Source of the DNA: the human T2T-CHM13v2.0 reference genome, Homo sapiens
Strand: one strand, 5' to 3'
Assembly (NCBI RefSeq): GCF_009914755.1
Contig: NC_060941.1
Length of the DNA: 64,000 bases
This document shows, one piece after another, positions 49,127-61,189 of this stretch. A program made the position numbers and the translations under genes. Under the pieces are notes generated by a model that was not told the origin of the DNA, ran no database searches, and saw nothing but the letters and a program-made list of their open reading frames with translations. Within the stretch, counting starts at the first letter, position 1. Each line of letters opens with the position of its first letter.

Positions 49127-49205
49127 CTATAAAAAACTGGCTTTTTTTTTAGGGCTCAATTATCCTATGGAAAAATCTATGTGTATGTATAAAACGCCTT
49201 TGTGT

Positions 49206-51187
49206 CAATGGGCCCGCCGCGTCCATGGAGAGAGGCTGAGGCGGCGCAGCTCCAGCCCAAGGCACTGAGATGCAGGGATGGGAAAGATGTCGTTTCCTTA
49301 GTCCGGGCAACTGTCTGGGCTTTGAGCAAGAGGAAGCTGCAGCCCACCCGGGCACCCTCACCCCGACACCTTCAGCAGTAAACAAGATAAAACAATTCCT
49401 TAAAGATAAGCCTGAGCTTGTAGATGTAAAAGTTGGTGTCCGAACCAGGGGCTGTAATGGCCTTTCTTATACTGTAGAATATACGAAAACAAAAGGAAAT
49501 TCTGATGAAGTTATACAAGATGAAGCCAGAGTATTCATCGAAAAGAAAGCACAGCTAACACCTTTAGGAACAGAAATGGACTATGTTGAAGACAAATTAT
49601 CCAGTGAGTTATGTTCAATAACCCAACATGAACTTGTGGCTGTGGAGTAAGTTAATATTTGACATCTCAGGACTCCTCTGGCCATAGGCTCCAGGAAAGC
49701 TGGTGGAAACCTTGGGGCTCACTGAAGAAATCATGTGACTGTCACGTGCTTAACTTGCGGCTGCCTTGTAAAGAAAATAAAGTGATGCATTTTGAAAATG
49801 AAGCCAGTAAGTTAGATTCCAGAAGAAATGACATTTGTATTCTCTGTAGGGGACAGAAAGTGAGAAGACATCACTCTCTTTGGATCATTTAATCCTCTTG
49901 CATCATTTGTTTTAGAACCAGTTTCATCAAAGTTGCCTTCCTGGGCACCTGTTCATCCATTTCCTGAACCATGTACACTCATTAGATCTCTATTGAACGG
50001 CTTGAACACGCATCCCCTTCAGCATTTCTCCCATCCAGACTGGCGACTCCTAAAATCAGAGACAGGACGTCCTGACTGCTGGTAGTAACATGGCGGTACA
50101 TTGTTTTTCCACCCAAACTTAACATAGCCTTTTTACATTTTTATCAAAAATTCACTGTCAGATGCCTTGTTGCAGACCCTTTAATAGTACCAAGCAAGGA
50201 TTTGCTTGAACTATAGTACAGATTAGTGCTGAGTGATGGTAGCAAAAGGTGAGAAAGACTTCATCCACCTGTTTTTAAATCTGTTTCTTTTGCCACCCTA
50301 TATGTCTGCTCAGAGATGAGATCTCAAGCTGAATTTGATCCTTTCCATTGAGGTGTCTTTTAAAAGCCATGTAGCCCACCGCCCTCAGTTCTCTGTGTAA
50401 GGAAGCAAAACCCCAGGGAAGCCAAAGGGCTCCTGTCCACCCCCCCTTCACAGGTGAGAGCAGGGGCTTTACCCCCATCTCCCCTTCCTTGTAGGTGACA
50501 TACATGCTCTGCCGTCTGAGTCAGTCAGTGAAGGCAAATGTTCTGACTTCTTTATCTGGTCAACATTTTGATAGAATTTCCTTATAATTTGATGGAGGTC
50601 ATATTATTTTTATTTTGAGTGGGAAGAATACTTTAAAATTCTTTTATGTGAATTACCATCTTGTTTCCTTAACCTTTGAAACAGTGGTTTGTAGAAGAGA
50701 AAATATTGTAACAACCCAGAATTATGCTTTTGGAATGTGGTCCTAATTGCAAAGGAGAACATGGGGAGCTTTTCTTAAAATTCCCAGTATGCAAATACTT
50801 CCTGGTTACTCAGTCCAGTTGCTAAAGTTCTTACACAATATTTTAACCTAACATTTTTATCACCAACTTTTCTTTAAAAGTGTTCCTAGTTTCTGATTTT
50901 CCTGGGTTTGACATATTAAGTATTCTGAGATGACATATATGCGTTTTTAGAAAGCTGATTCTCATGAATTCAAGTAGCTGAGTTTCTTTATGTTTCTTTT
51001 ATTTACTGAAGTAGTTGGCACAAAACGCATCAAAACCTAGAGCGGTAGTTTTATGTAAATGCTCATGAGTTTGTATCATTAATATAATTGTTGATCCACT
51101 TATAATTTGTGCAATACTGTATGTATGTAGAGATTGAGTTGTCAGTTTAAAAAAATGTGGCCTCTGTGGTCATTAAAAAAATAAAAT
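49206..51187 (+). pseudogene. ISCA1: Processed pseudogene of ISCA1 (iron-sulfur cluster assembly 1); ancestral CDS ~49287-49662; specific ISCA1P locus not determined
   Basis: Intronless TPSAVNKIKQFLKDKPE.V.VKVGVRTRGCNGLSYT.EYTKTKG...VFIEKKAQLT.LGTEMDYVEDKLSSE; ATG 49287 reaches TAG at codon 5 through a frameshift, further frameshifts follow; GC-rich 5'UTR, ~1.5-kb 3'UTR, A-rich end, TSD ataaaacgcctttgtgt / ataaaatgtctttgtgt. Confidence 0.96.
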
Positions 51188-51188
51188 G

Positions 51189-51519
<331 letters not shown>

Positions 51520-52384
51520 TTAAATAAAGATCAGGTTGAGTAAGATCCATCTAGGACCCAAGTAACATAATATGTGAATAATTTAAAGAGTTTCTATTAT
51601 GCACAAGAAGTTTAAATTATAAATTTAGTGTTGGTCAAGTACTAATTGTAAGATCAAGACTCATATATTAGTAAAAGCTCAATAGAGAATAGTTGTGCAA
51701 CATAATTACTTTGGCCTCATTTTTCTTTTCTTTTTTGGGCACTTATAGAATAGCAACACTGTATCAAATAGTGTAGTAGTGCTGAGATACAGAGAAGTCA
51801 ATCCCTAACACCAGATTTCCTGATTCTGCTCTGAAACTTCTTGTATTGCCTCCAATGAATCAGCAACATCCTGCAATTCCTACTCACGGGCAACTTTGAT
51901 TTATCTCCCTGCCTGCTGTTTTGCTTTTCATAGACAACAGCCAATGGCTCTGTAATTTCTTCAAGTACAATTATTTTAGCCTCAGCTATGCAGCACTTCT
52001 CTTTTTTTCCCCTTTCTGGTACTCTAGTCATTTCTGTTCTTGCTTGCTATTCCTCAAAAGTTTTACCACACCAGAGCTGTAGCAAGGCTTTACATCGTAT
52101 CTAAGACAATTCCAAGTCTGTCTAAGAGAGCTGTGCAGGGGCTGTTTATGAATCTAAGTTATATAATTAGTAGAAGAACTTTCCAATTTACTCAAATCCC
52201 CTTTGCAATTGTATTGCCTATGATCTCTGTCTTTAGACTTGACCAGGTTTTTAACTAGTTCATACTAGCTTTGCTTTTTTTTGTTGTTTAAATGGAAAGT
52301 ACTATTTATTGAGCACTTACCAAATGTTGGACATTCTATAGTCTTATCTCATGCACTTCTTCCAGTTATGTGAGATACATAGGG

Positions 52385-52690
52385 AAGGTTAGCAGCATAA
52401 GAAAGAGGCAGAGCCAGATGGGCTGAGTTAGCGGCCTAGCTAGGCTATTCACTAGCTTTGTCATCTTAGGCAAGTATCTCATTCTCTAGGAGCTTCTGGT
52501 ACAAATACCTCACACAGTTTGGTGAGTAAATGAGTTAATATATGTAAAATACTTACAATACTTATATGTAAAATACTTATAAATACTTACACGTAAAATA
52601 CTTACTTTAGTGAGTAAATGAGTTAATATATGTAAAATACTTAGAATCGTGGCTGCATACAATCAGCACTATATAAATATTAACTGTTAG
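52385..52690 (+). mobile_element. MIR with complex internal duplication
   Basis: cactagctttgtcatcttaggcaagt...tacctcac...aaatgagttaatatatgtaaa. Confidence 0.7.
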
Positions 52691-53187
52691 TATTTTACTC
52701 ATTTTACAAAGAGAGACAGACTCAGAGGGATCTATGCTGCTGAACCCCGAACAGCTCATAAACAGCATCATGTTAATTAACAATTATATTATTGAATGGT
52801 TATATATTTTTGGACATATATGTAATTTCCACCTTTGAGGTCCTAAAATGCTTCAGTCAATAGCTCTATATCTAAATCTTCATGTATACTAATCCTGTCC
52901 CTTAGGATAAAATCCACAGAATAAAGTCCAAAAGTATGCCAATGTTTAAGGTTTTGGTGTTCATTGCCAAAATATCTGTCACCTACCAGCAATACATGAA
53001 GGTGTCCATTCCCTTAAACTCTTACTAATATTGGGTAGTATTCACTACTTACAGCAAATCCACAGACCTTCAATTTTAACATTATATTTGTGAAGAGGGT
53101 AATTTTATTTTTTAAGGTGGTTCTTTTTTTGCTAATATTTAGCAAGAATTAAATAATGCCAAACTGTCTGTTCACTTAGAAAGTGTT

Positions 53188-53536
<349 letters not shown>

Positions 53537-54282
53537 CTATATCACTTTTGAATACGCTTCCCATATCCAGCTTATCATGGTTAGAGAGACACTGAATTGA
53601 CATCTACATGTTATCGGAGTATTTCCATTCATTCAACTCTCTCTCTGATAAGTGACATGGTTATAAGTCGCTTATCAAATTTGGTCTCTTTCTTCTAAAT
53701 ACGCTAGTTGTAAATGAAATGTAAGTTTTCTAGATACATCTGCAAGGCAAAAATTATTATTTGGAAGTTTTTGTTTCTCCTAAAGAATAAACTTTAAACT
53801 ATTTCATTTCAGCAATAAATACAACTATTGTTTATCAGCCTCTGAAGATCTTATCTTCCTGTCTGAGGTCGCTGTGGAAGCTGGGGTGGTTGCCAGGAAG
53901 GAAACAAGATGGAGAGGATAAAAAAAAATAGATGGATTTGGGGATTCTCTGCTGAATGGATGTTTGGAGACATTTGTGCTAAACAAAAAAGATATTTTAA
54001 GATAGAACAATAAATTTACATGCCTACTATTCAGAAGTTCTTTAAATCTTAGCAACTAAAAACAAATGTAAAATTGTCCAATTAAAGACCAGAGAGAGGA
54101 GCAAAGTCTATACACTTCATGACCGGTATCAGTTTCTGAGTCAATACTTCTGGGTGACTGACTAAATACAAAAACAAAATTTCTGTAAAGACAACTATGA
54201 CTTTAACCTCTGTTGCATATAGAAACAGAATAAAGGTGTTCAATTATATTAGATTTACACCTGCATGTGTATGTTGAGAGAG

Positions 54283-54472
54283 AATTGTGCTACTACATGT
54301 TTAATAATTAGCTCTCTAAACAATGATCTAATTTATGACATTTGCCAATTTCTGTGGTGTAAATGCTCCCATAATGGCTGATTTCAAAATGATACCACCG
54401 AATGTGGAAGTGGGAATAGGTGCATAGGATCAACTTTCACAAGCCAGTGTGAGCCAGCTCTAGCATACCACC
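54283..54472. mobile_element. MER63-like hAT MITE
   Basis: tgtgct...tgtttaataattagctctc and gagccagctctagcatacca termini, from memory. Confidence 0.5.
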
Positions 54473-57149
54473 ATAGAATCTTCAGAACAAGTGGCAATTT
54501 ATTACATTGTCACGGGAGTCTGTAATTGCAGCTGCCTACATCACTACACACAATTAAACCTAATGTGTGCTGTCAAATGTAGAAAACTGCATAGCAAGGA
54601 TAGAGGAATAAACTTTCATACTTTCTCTGTCCGTCAGCGTCTGTGGTCAGTGCTACCATTTGATCTGCATCTAAAAAGTTTCTTCCTTGATCTACGGAAA
54701 ATAAATGAAGACGACCTTCTTGTGGCTGAAGAAAATAAATTATTAACCCCCGGAGTCACAGAAAATAAATAGGGAGGCTTTGTTCAAGCTAAAGAAAATA
54801 AATTAAACATAAAAGATGCTATTTCAGAGACAAAGATTTATCATTTTTAAAGCTGGTTGAGGGCTAGACTAATATTGCAAAGTTCCGGAGAGTAGCTCTA
54901 CACTGCTTCCCTGAAAAACTCATTATAAACCAAGCTACAGTCATCTTCTGAATTGCAAAAGAGCCCTGGCAGTAGGCAGGTAGTTTGTCCCTCCGCCTAT
55001 TCTTCAAGAAATAAATAGCCTCCCTTCTTTATGGAAGATTATGCACCTGTTCTGTTTCCTTCTCGAGATGCTTTGCATGTATGCTGTAAATTGTCCGCTT
55101 TCAGCTCAGAGACAACTTATCAGAGAACATATTCAGAGCCATCTTTCCAGGTTCACAGTCTCTTCTGCAAGGGTTGTGGGCATATCAGGTGATCCACTCA
55201 CTATCTACATATGACTTACCATTATTTCAGGGGCTGACTTGTGTGTCAAAGAGCTTAAGTTTAAATTATTATTTGATATGGCTATATTTTTTTGTGGTGC
55301 CTATAAAAACAGTGAAATAATTGAGCCTGAGAGAAAGAAGGGCTGCACACATGAATTTGAAAAAGGGTGCATTTTATTGTCTATTAAAGATTCCTCATTT
55401 ATTATTGGGTAATTAGTAACATCAGGAAAAATGTCAACATTCAAATTTAGGAGGCAGAATTGTGAAGAATTGACAAGAGTGAAAAATAAGCAAATTATCA
55501 TTAAAAACAATACTAGCACTTCCTTGACCTTGGAGTGTGATCTTGGCCGATATATCTTGCAGGTGTGGGATTTAGTTTTTACACCTTGTAAATTTATAGC
55601 TAAAATGTACAGAGAGCTTCCTATGTGTCAAGCTCTGTCCGACATTTGTGGCATGAATCACCTGATTTAAATACATGAGGAGCTCATAAGCAGCATCTTA
55701 GTGAGCTGATGGCAGTTTACTGAGGTTATGAGTGTCACTGTCGCCATCCTAGAGAGCACTGTTTTGCACCATATGATCTCCAGTATCCTTTGTTTCTTAT
55801 TAACTGGATAAGTCTGCAGCTCCTAAAGTACTGAATCTCAGTGTCTAGGGATGGGGCCCAGGAATCTACCTTTCATCATTATCCACTCAGATGATTCTTA
55901 CACGTACTGATGTGTGAGAAACAGTTTTTGGAGAGTAATTCTATGCAGACCTTAGTGACTTTCAAAGGTCTGAACCTTCACCAGCACTACGTTCTGGCCC
56001 ACAGAAAAAGCTGGACTTTTCTATAATGTCCACATTGCCTACACTGCATTGTCTACACCACATTGTCTACACTACATTGTTTCAAAGGCAGAGACTCCAA
56101 GACTGTTCTATGCCTACTGTCCAACATCTTTCCCATCTCCTAATACCTTGTGTTAAGCCAAGATTTGTCTTTCCCCAGAGGGTCTTTAGTCAAGGACATC
56201 ACAAGTATTGCCCCATAAAGGGAAAATGGTTGCCTGGATGGACGCTTGATGCATCTTTCATTCTTTGCTATCAGACTTCAGGCCTAAGGAGGCTGCCATG
56301 CAGTAATAGCAAGAGGACTCAGATGAAAGCCAAAAACATGAGTTAAAAATCAAATTTCCTCCTTACAGTGAGACTTTGAGCAAGTTGGTAGATCTTTTGA
56401 GCCCAGTTTTCCTCAACTGAAAAATAAAGATAATGACATCTAGCTTGCAGGGTAGTTGTGAGAATTAAATATGATATTTTATGCTAAGGAACCTCAGTAA
56501 TTGGAGGCATTCAGTGAAAATTGTTGAATCTCTTCCTTGACTTAATTGTTCAGGGCACACATCATTCAAATCATGGGAACTGTAAATTCCAATGTGTACA
56601 TTGAGAGAATGGCAGATTTGCAAATTTTATGGGAGTTATAAAGCAAAATGTGATTGGGACCACAGAGGCTGATATTTTTATTTGTGATAAAAAGGTTCTG
56701 TGTTCTCAAGGAGTTTGAATCTGAGTACATGCAAAGATATGCACATGATTTACTTCCTAATGACAAAGATTCCTCATATGCGGGCCTGTTGTGCTTGCTG
56801 TTCTTTATACATTGACTTCATTAATTAAAAACAAATCTGGACTTTCTGAATCTCTATTGAGTTTAATCATATGTGCATAATCAATTTGTGTATAAGATGC
56901 CACATAAAATACATGTAACAATACAAATACGTTTTGACATTTACTCCCAAACTGAAAAGTATTTATAAGTAAAATAATCAAATATTTTGATTTCTAGTTT
57001 CTTTTCTGAATAATGGCTTATTCCCAAAGAGTGAAGTGAGTACCTGCTTTATGATGGGTACTATGTTAGTTACTAGAGCACTTGTTCCCATCTTTGCACA
57101 TCAGAATAAATTGGGTGGTATTTCACAAATAAAATGAAATTGAAAGTAT

Positions 57150-57845
57150 AATTAAATATACATTCAATTAATACAGTATGAATATATACATACTGTACGT
57201 ATATATTCATACATATATACAGTATGAATATATGTTGTAAAGTATTATAAATTATAATACATTCAATATGTATGTATTATAAAGTATAATACATTCAATA
57301 TTTATGTATTATAAAGTATAATACATTCAATATTTATGTATTATAATAAACATACATATAATTACAAAACATAATTATGATTTTAAAATAATTTTGTATA
57401 TGCAATTATAATGATAATTTATATTTATATATTAAAATTATAATGATAATTTATATTTATATATCATAATTTATATTAATTATATTTATAAATATAATTT
57501 ATAAACTATAAATATACATAATATATTTATAAGCTATACATATATCATTTAAAAATTATAAGTATAAATGTAAATTTATATTTATAAGTATAAATGTAAA
57601 TTTATAAGTATAAATGTAAATTTATAAGTATAAATGTAAATTTATATTTATAAGTATAAATGTAATTTATACTTATAAATAAATTTATATTTATAAGTAT
57701 AAATGTAATTTATACTTATAAATATAAATATATTTATAAGTATAAATTACAATTGTATCAATATATAAATATTTTTATAATTTTATATAAATTATACATA
57801 TATAATTGAATATATAATTGAATATAAATATAATTAAATATAAAG
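57150..57845. repeat. AT-rich minisatellite with direct and inverted repeats
   Basis: ~32-bp unit taaagtataatacattcaatatttatgtatta (57250-57343); 20/26-bp unit tttataagtataaatgtaaa (57556-57707); perfect palindromes. Confidence 0.95.
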
Positions 57846-58074
57846 GTAGACTATAATTTAAAATAAACGTAAATCTGATTCTCTGAGATATGACTCCACC
57901 TTAGAAACAGATTTGCCCCCACCTCAGAGACTCAGGTTCCATTTGTCTGGAGTAAGAACAAGACGCTGGTTTATTCTAAATACTCTCTGATGTGCAGCCA
58001 GGGTTCTGAACCACTACCTTAGACATACAAGAGGAAATAAGATTCAATCACTGTCTTCAAGAAGCTGACCATCT

Positions 58075-58460
58075 AAACTCTTAACTGGAGCTGCCATAAC
58101 AAAGTATCATAGACTGGGTGACTTAAACAACGGAAATTGTTTTGTCCCAGTTCTGGAGGCTGTAAGTCCAAGATCAAGGTGCTGGCAAGGTAGGCTTTAT
58201 CTTGAAGCCTCTTGTTTTGGCTTGCAGGTGGACCACCATGTCACTGTGTGCTCACATGGCCTCTTCTTTGTGTATACATGTGGGGACAGAGAGAATGAGC
58301 TCTCGGGTCTCTTGCAAGGTCACTAATCCTGTCATGAATGTTCTACTCTCATGACCTCTTGTAACCCTTATTACCTCCAAAAGGCCTTATATTCAAATAC
58401 CATCACATTCAGGGTTAGAGTCCCAATTTAAATTTTGGGAGAGACACAAACATTCAGTCT
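58075..58460 (-). mobile_element. MLT1-type MaLR LTR
   Basis: gctgccataacaaagtatcatagactgggtgacttaaacaac...cagttctggaggctgtaagtccaagatcaaggtg...acattcagtctat. Confidence 0.85.
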
Positions 58461-59507
58461 ATCATGGGATAAACAGGTACATAGATATATCACAACATTA
58501 TGTAGTGTCTTGCTATAACAGAATGAGCATATGTCACATGCAGCTATATGAACTGTCGTTACCAGGTGACTCTTTTTCATTACATAGATAATATCTTGAA
58601 TCATTAAATCAGCTGAATAATTAAAGGAGTATATTATGCTGCAGTGTGTCCTCATCAAGAGAAAGAATCTACATTTTGAGGAACACGTCCGACTGGTTCC
58701 TTGAGAAGTAACCATGGCCTGACACAGCTGAAGGTCTCTGGATTCACTCAGTGGCTCAGGAAGAAATGAAAGTTCAAAGAGGTAATCTTAACTATTTTTG
58801 ACTGAGTGAGCCAGCCCCTGTCTAACAGAAGATGATAAGAGATATCAGACCTTCCTTGCAGACAGTTTCTTCTTGAAGACATGCTGCAAACTATGTCAGG
58901 GGTGGCTGTTGTCTGATTTCTAAGTTATCAGAAGAAAAAGGTTTACAAAAAATGTTTTGGAAAATTTAATTGAAACTGCCCACTTCAAAAACACACTTAG
59001 TCAAACACAAAGGTGGCACCTATCAGCAAGAAAAGACTTTGAACCCAAATTTCAAATTGTCAGTTTTCCTCCTACAAAATAGAAGTAGTGTTAGTGGAAC
59101 GCCCATGTTTCCATCTTTGAGTTTGCTGGTTGCTTAGTCTGGGAATGTATCTTAGTGATCTCATGTCCCTCATTACATTTTCACCCTAGCTATAAATAAG
59201 TGAATAGGTGAATAGATTCTTACTCATTTCTATTTCCTCAATAAACAAATTATATATAACAACCTCATATACATATATGTGTGCATGTATGCGTTTGTAT
59301 ATATGTGTGTGATGTGTGTGTGTGTTTGGTTCCACCAGAGTCAAAATATTGAATACTTTAAGTACATCTTACTACTTTCAAAAAATCTATAAAAATTTTT
59401 AACGGCCTCCATATATTATTGTCATTTATAAGAAGGTCACATTACTGAACAAACTATTCTAACCAGAACACGGCCAGAAACCAAATATTAGGCACATGCA
59501 AATACAC

Positions 59508-59512
<5 letters not shown>

Positions 59513-59546
<34 letters not shown>
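59513..59546. repeat. (CA)n microsatellite
   Basis: About 17 CA units. Confidence 0.97.
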
Positions 59547-59550
<4 letters not shown>

Positions 59551-61189
59551 CTATGAACAATGTTCTAAAGCTTGTACATTCAACTCTATGCAGTTTACTC
59601 TAGAGAATGCCAAGTTCGTCATCCAGAACTCAATTACTCTTACTTTGTGTTTCCTAGCCAACAGCAGATTAACAGGAATAGAGACTGCTGTAATAAGATA
59701 AATTGTCAACAGTAAGTGATGCTAACAGTCTATGTGTGAGTAAATGATGAAGCAGAAGAATGCTTAAAATCAGATACCAAGTAAGATGAAAATTGCAGCA
59801 GTCGGGACCATTTTATCAAGAGATTGTACATGTATTTTGGAAGTCCCTGAGGGATTGTGACTGTTAATACACCATAAAGTATCCAGTGACTGTAATGTTG
59901 ACTGTACATTTTTTTGGAAAATATAAATTATATTCAATATTTTTGTTCAGTAAGGTAAGGAGGCTGATTATACTTAGAGTCATAATGATTTAAATTGAGA
60001 ACATTAATTTGAGTATCCAAAGAGTTAAGATTTCTTCAGACATCTGGAATCTTAAAGTAGGCAATTATTTTTAGAAACTAAGGTAAATAAGACATCCATA
60101 TCTTGCTGATAATGCAAGCAGTGTGCATCACTGTGTTTGCTTTTTGTTCTGTAGGCATATTTAATCCCCAAATTTGATGAAGAGAGTTGTATGATAGTTT
60201 GATTCTAACTCTGAAATATAAGCTCTTTCTGATATGCTATAGCAGTTCTTAAAAACATGTGTGAGGAAATTCAACAAGATAGGAATATTGCTTTGATAGA
60301 AGTTATTTAAATTACCTTGAAAAGATAAGTAGAGGTCATATCTGCTAAATGGGCATAACACTTATAGGTAGGTATTCCAACCCAGGGGCTTAAAAATTAC
60401 ATAAATACAAGCAACTTCCTGAGGAAATCCCCAAATTTGTTTATTCCTCTACCAACTAGAACTGTAATCTTTTCTCTGCAAAAGGTTGAGCAACTCTTGA
60501 AAAAACTGGCCAGAGAAATCAGTTGTTAACAGTATAAATGAAGACTTTAATCATGCATAGTCAGAAACCATATTTGAGAATTATGCATTTCCATGTGACC
60601 TAATTTTAGGTGTCCTAAAAAGCTGCAGTTGTTTTGCTAATATAAAAGCCTTAAAGGGTTTTAAATCTTTCTGACTTAGCTACAGATCAATAAAATTAAT
60701 CAGACTACTCCTATGCAATTAGGCATTGATAAAAAACTGTCACCCATTCCACTTATTTTTAGACATCATTAGAATTTCATATGGACACTTGCTTTCTACA
60801 TACATCTTCAAAATAAAGTTTTTCTACTAGTTATAAAATTATATACATAGATGAGCTGATTATTATATTCGTTCCAGACAGAATCAATAGCTTTTAATTT
60901 AGAAATATGAGTTATGATAGTTCAGGTCATATTATACATACAATTTTAAATCCTAGGCTTTTTTTTTACTGTTGTTTGGGGATATTTTGCTGAAAATATA
61001 TTTTCCCCATGTTACAATAGGACTTTGGTTAACACCATTTTAAATGCCACAGTCTATTCCATCTAATATCCACTCACTGGTGTTTATGTTGTTTCCAAAT
61101 GGGCCACAAATTTCATAGCTCCTAGGAGAAATATACTGTTAAATGAGGTATCAATAAAAGCTTCTAAGTGATGTGGAGGCATTAGCTAT

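Noticed and set aside
49206-49370. GC/CpG-rich patch resembling a promoter CpG island
   Set aside because: It is the retrocopied ISCA1 5'UTR/CDS start, short and showing CpG decay.
54697-54803. Repeat-spacer pattern reminiscent of CRISPR
   Set aside because: Repeats are only 10 bp and AT-rich, the context is primate, and there are no cas genes; kept only as a motif cluster.
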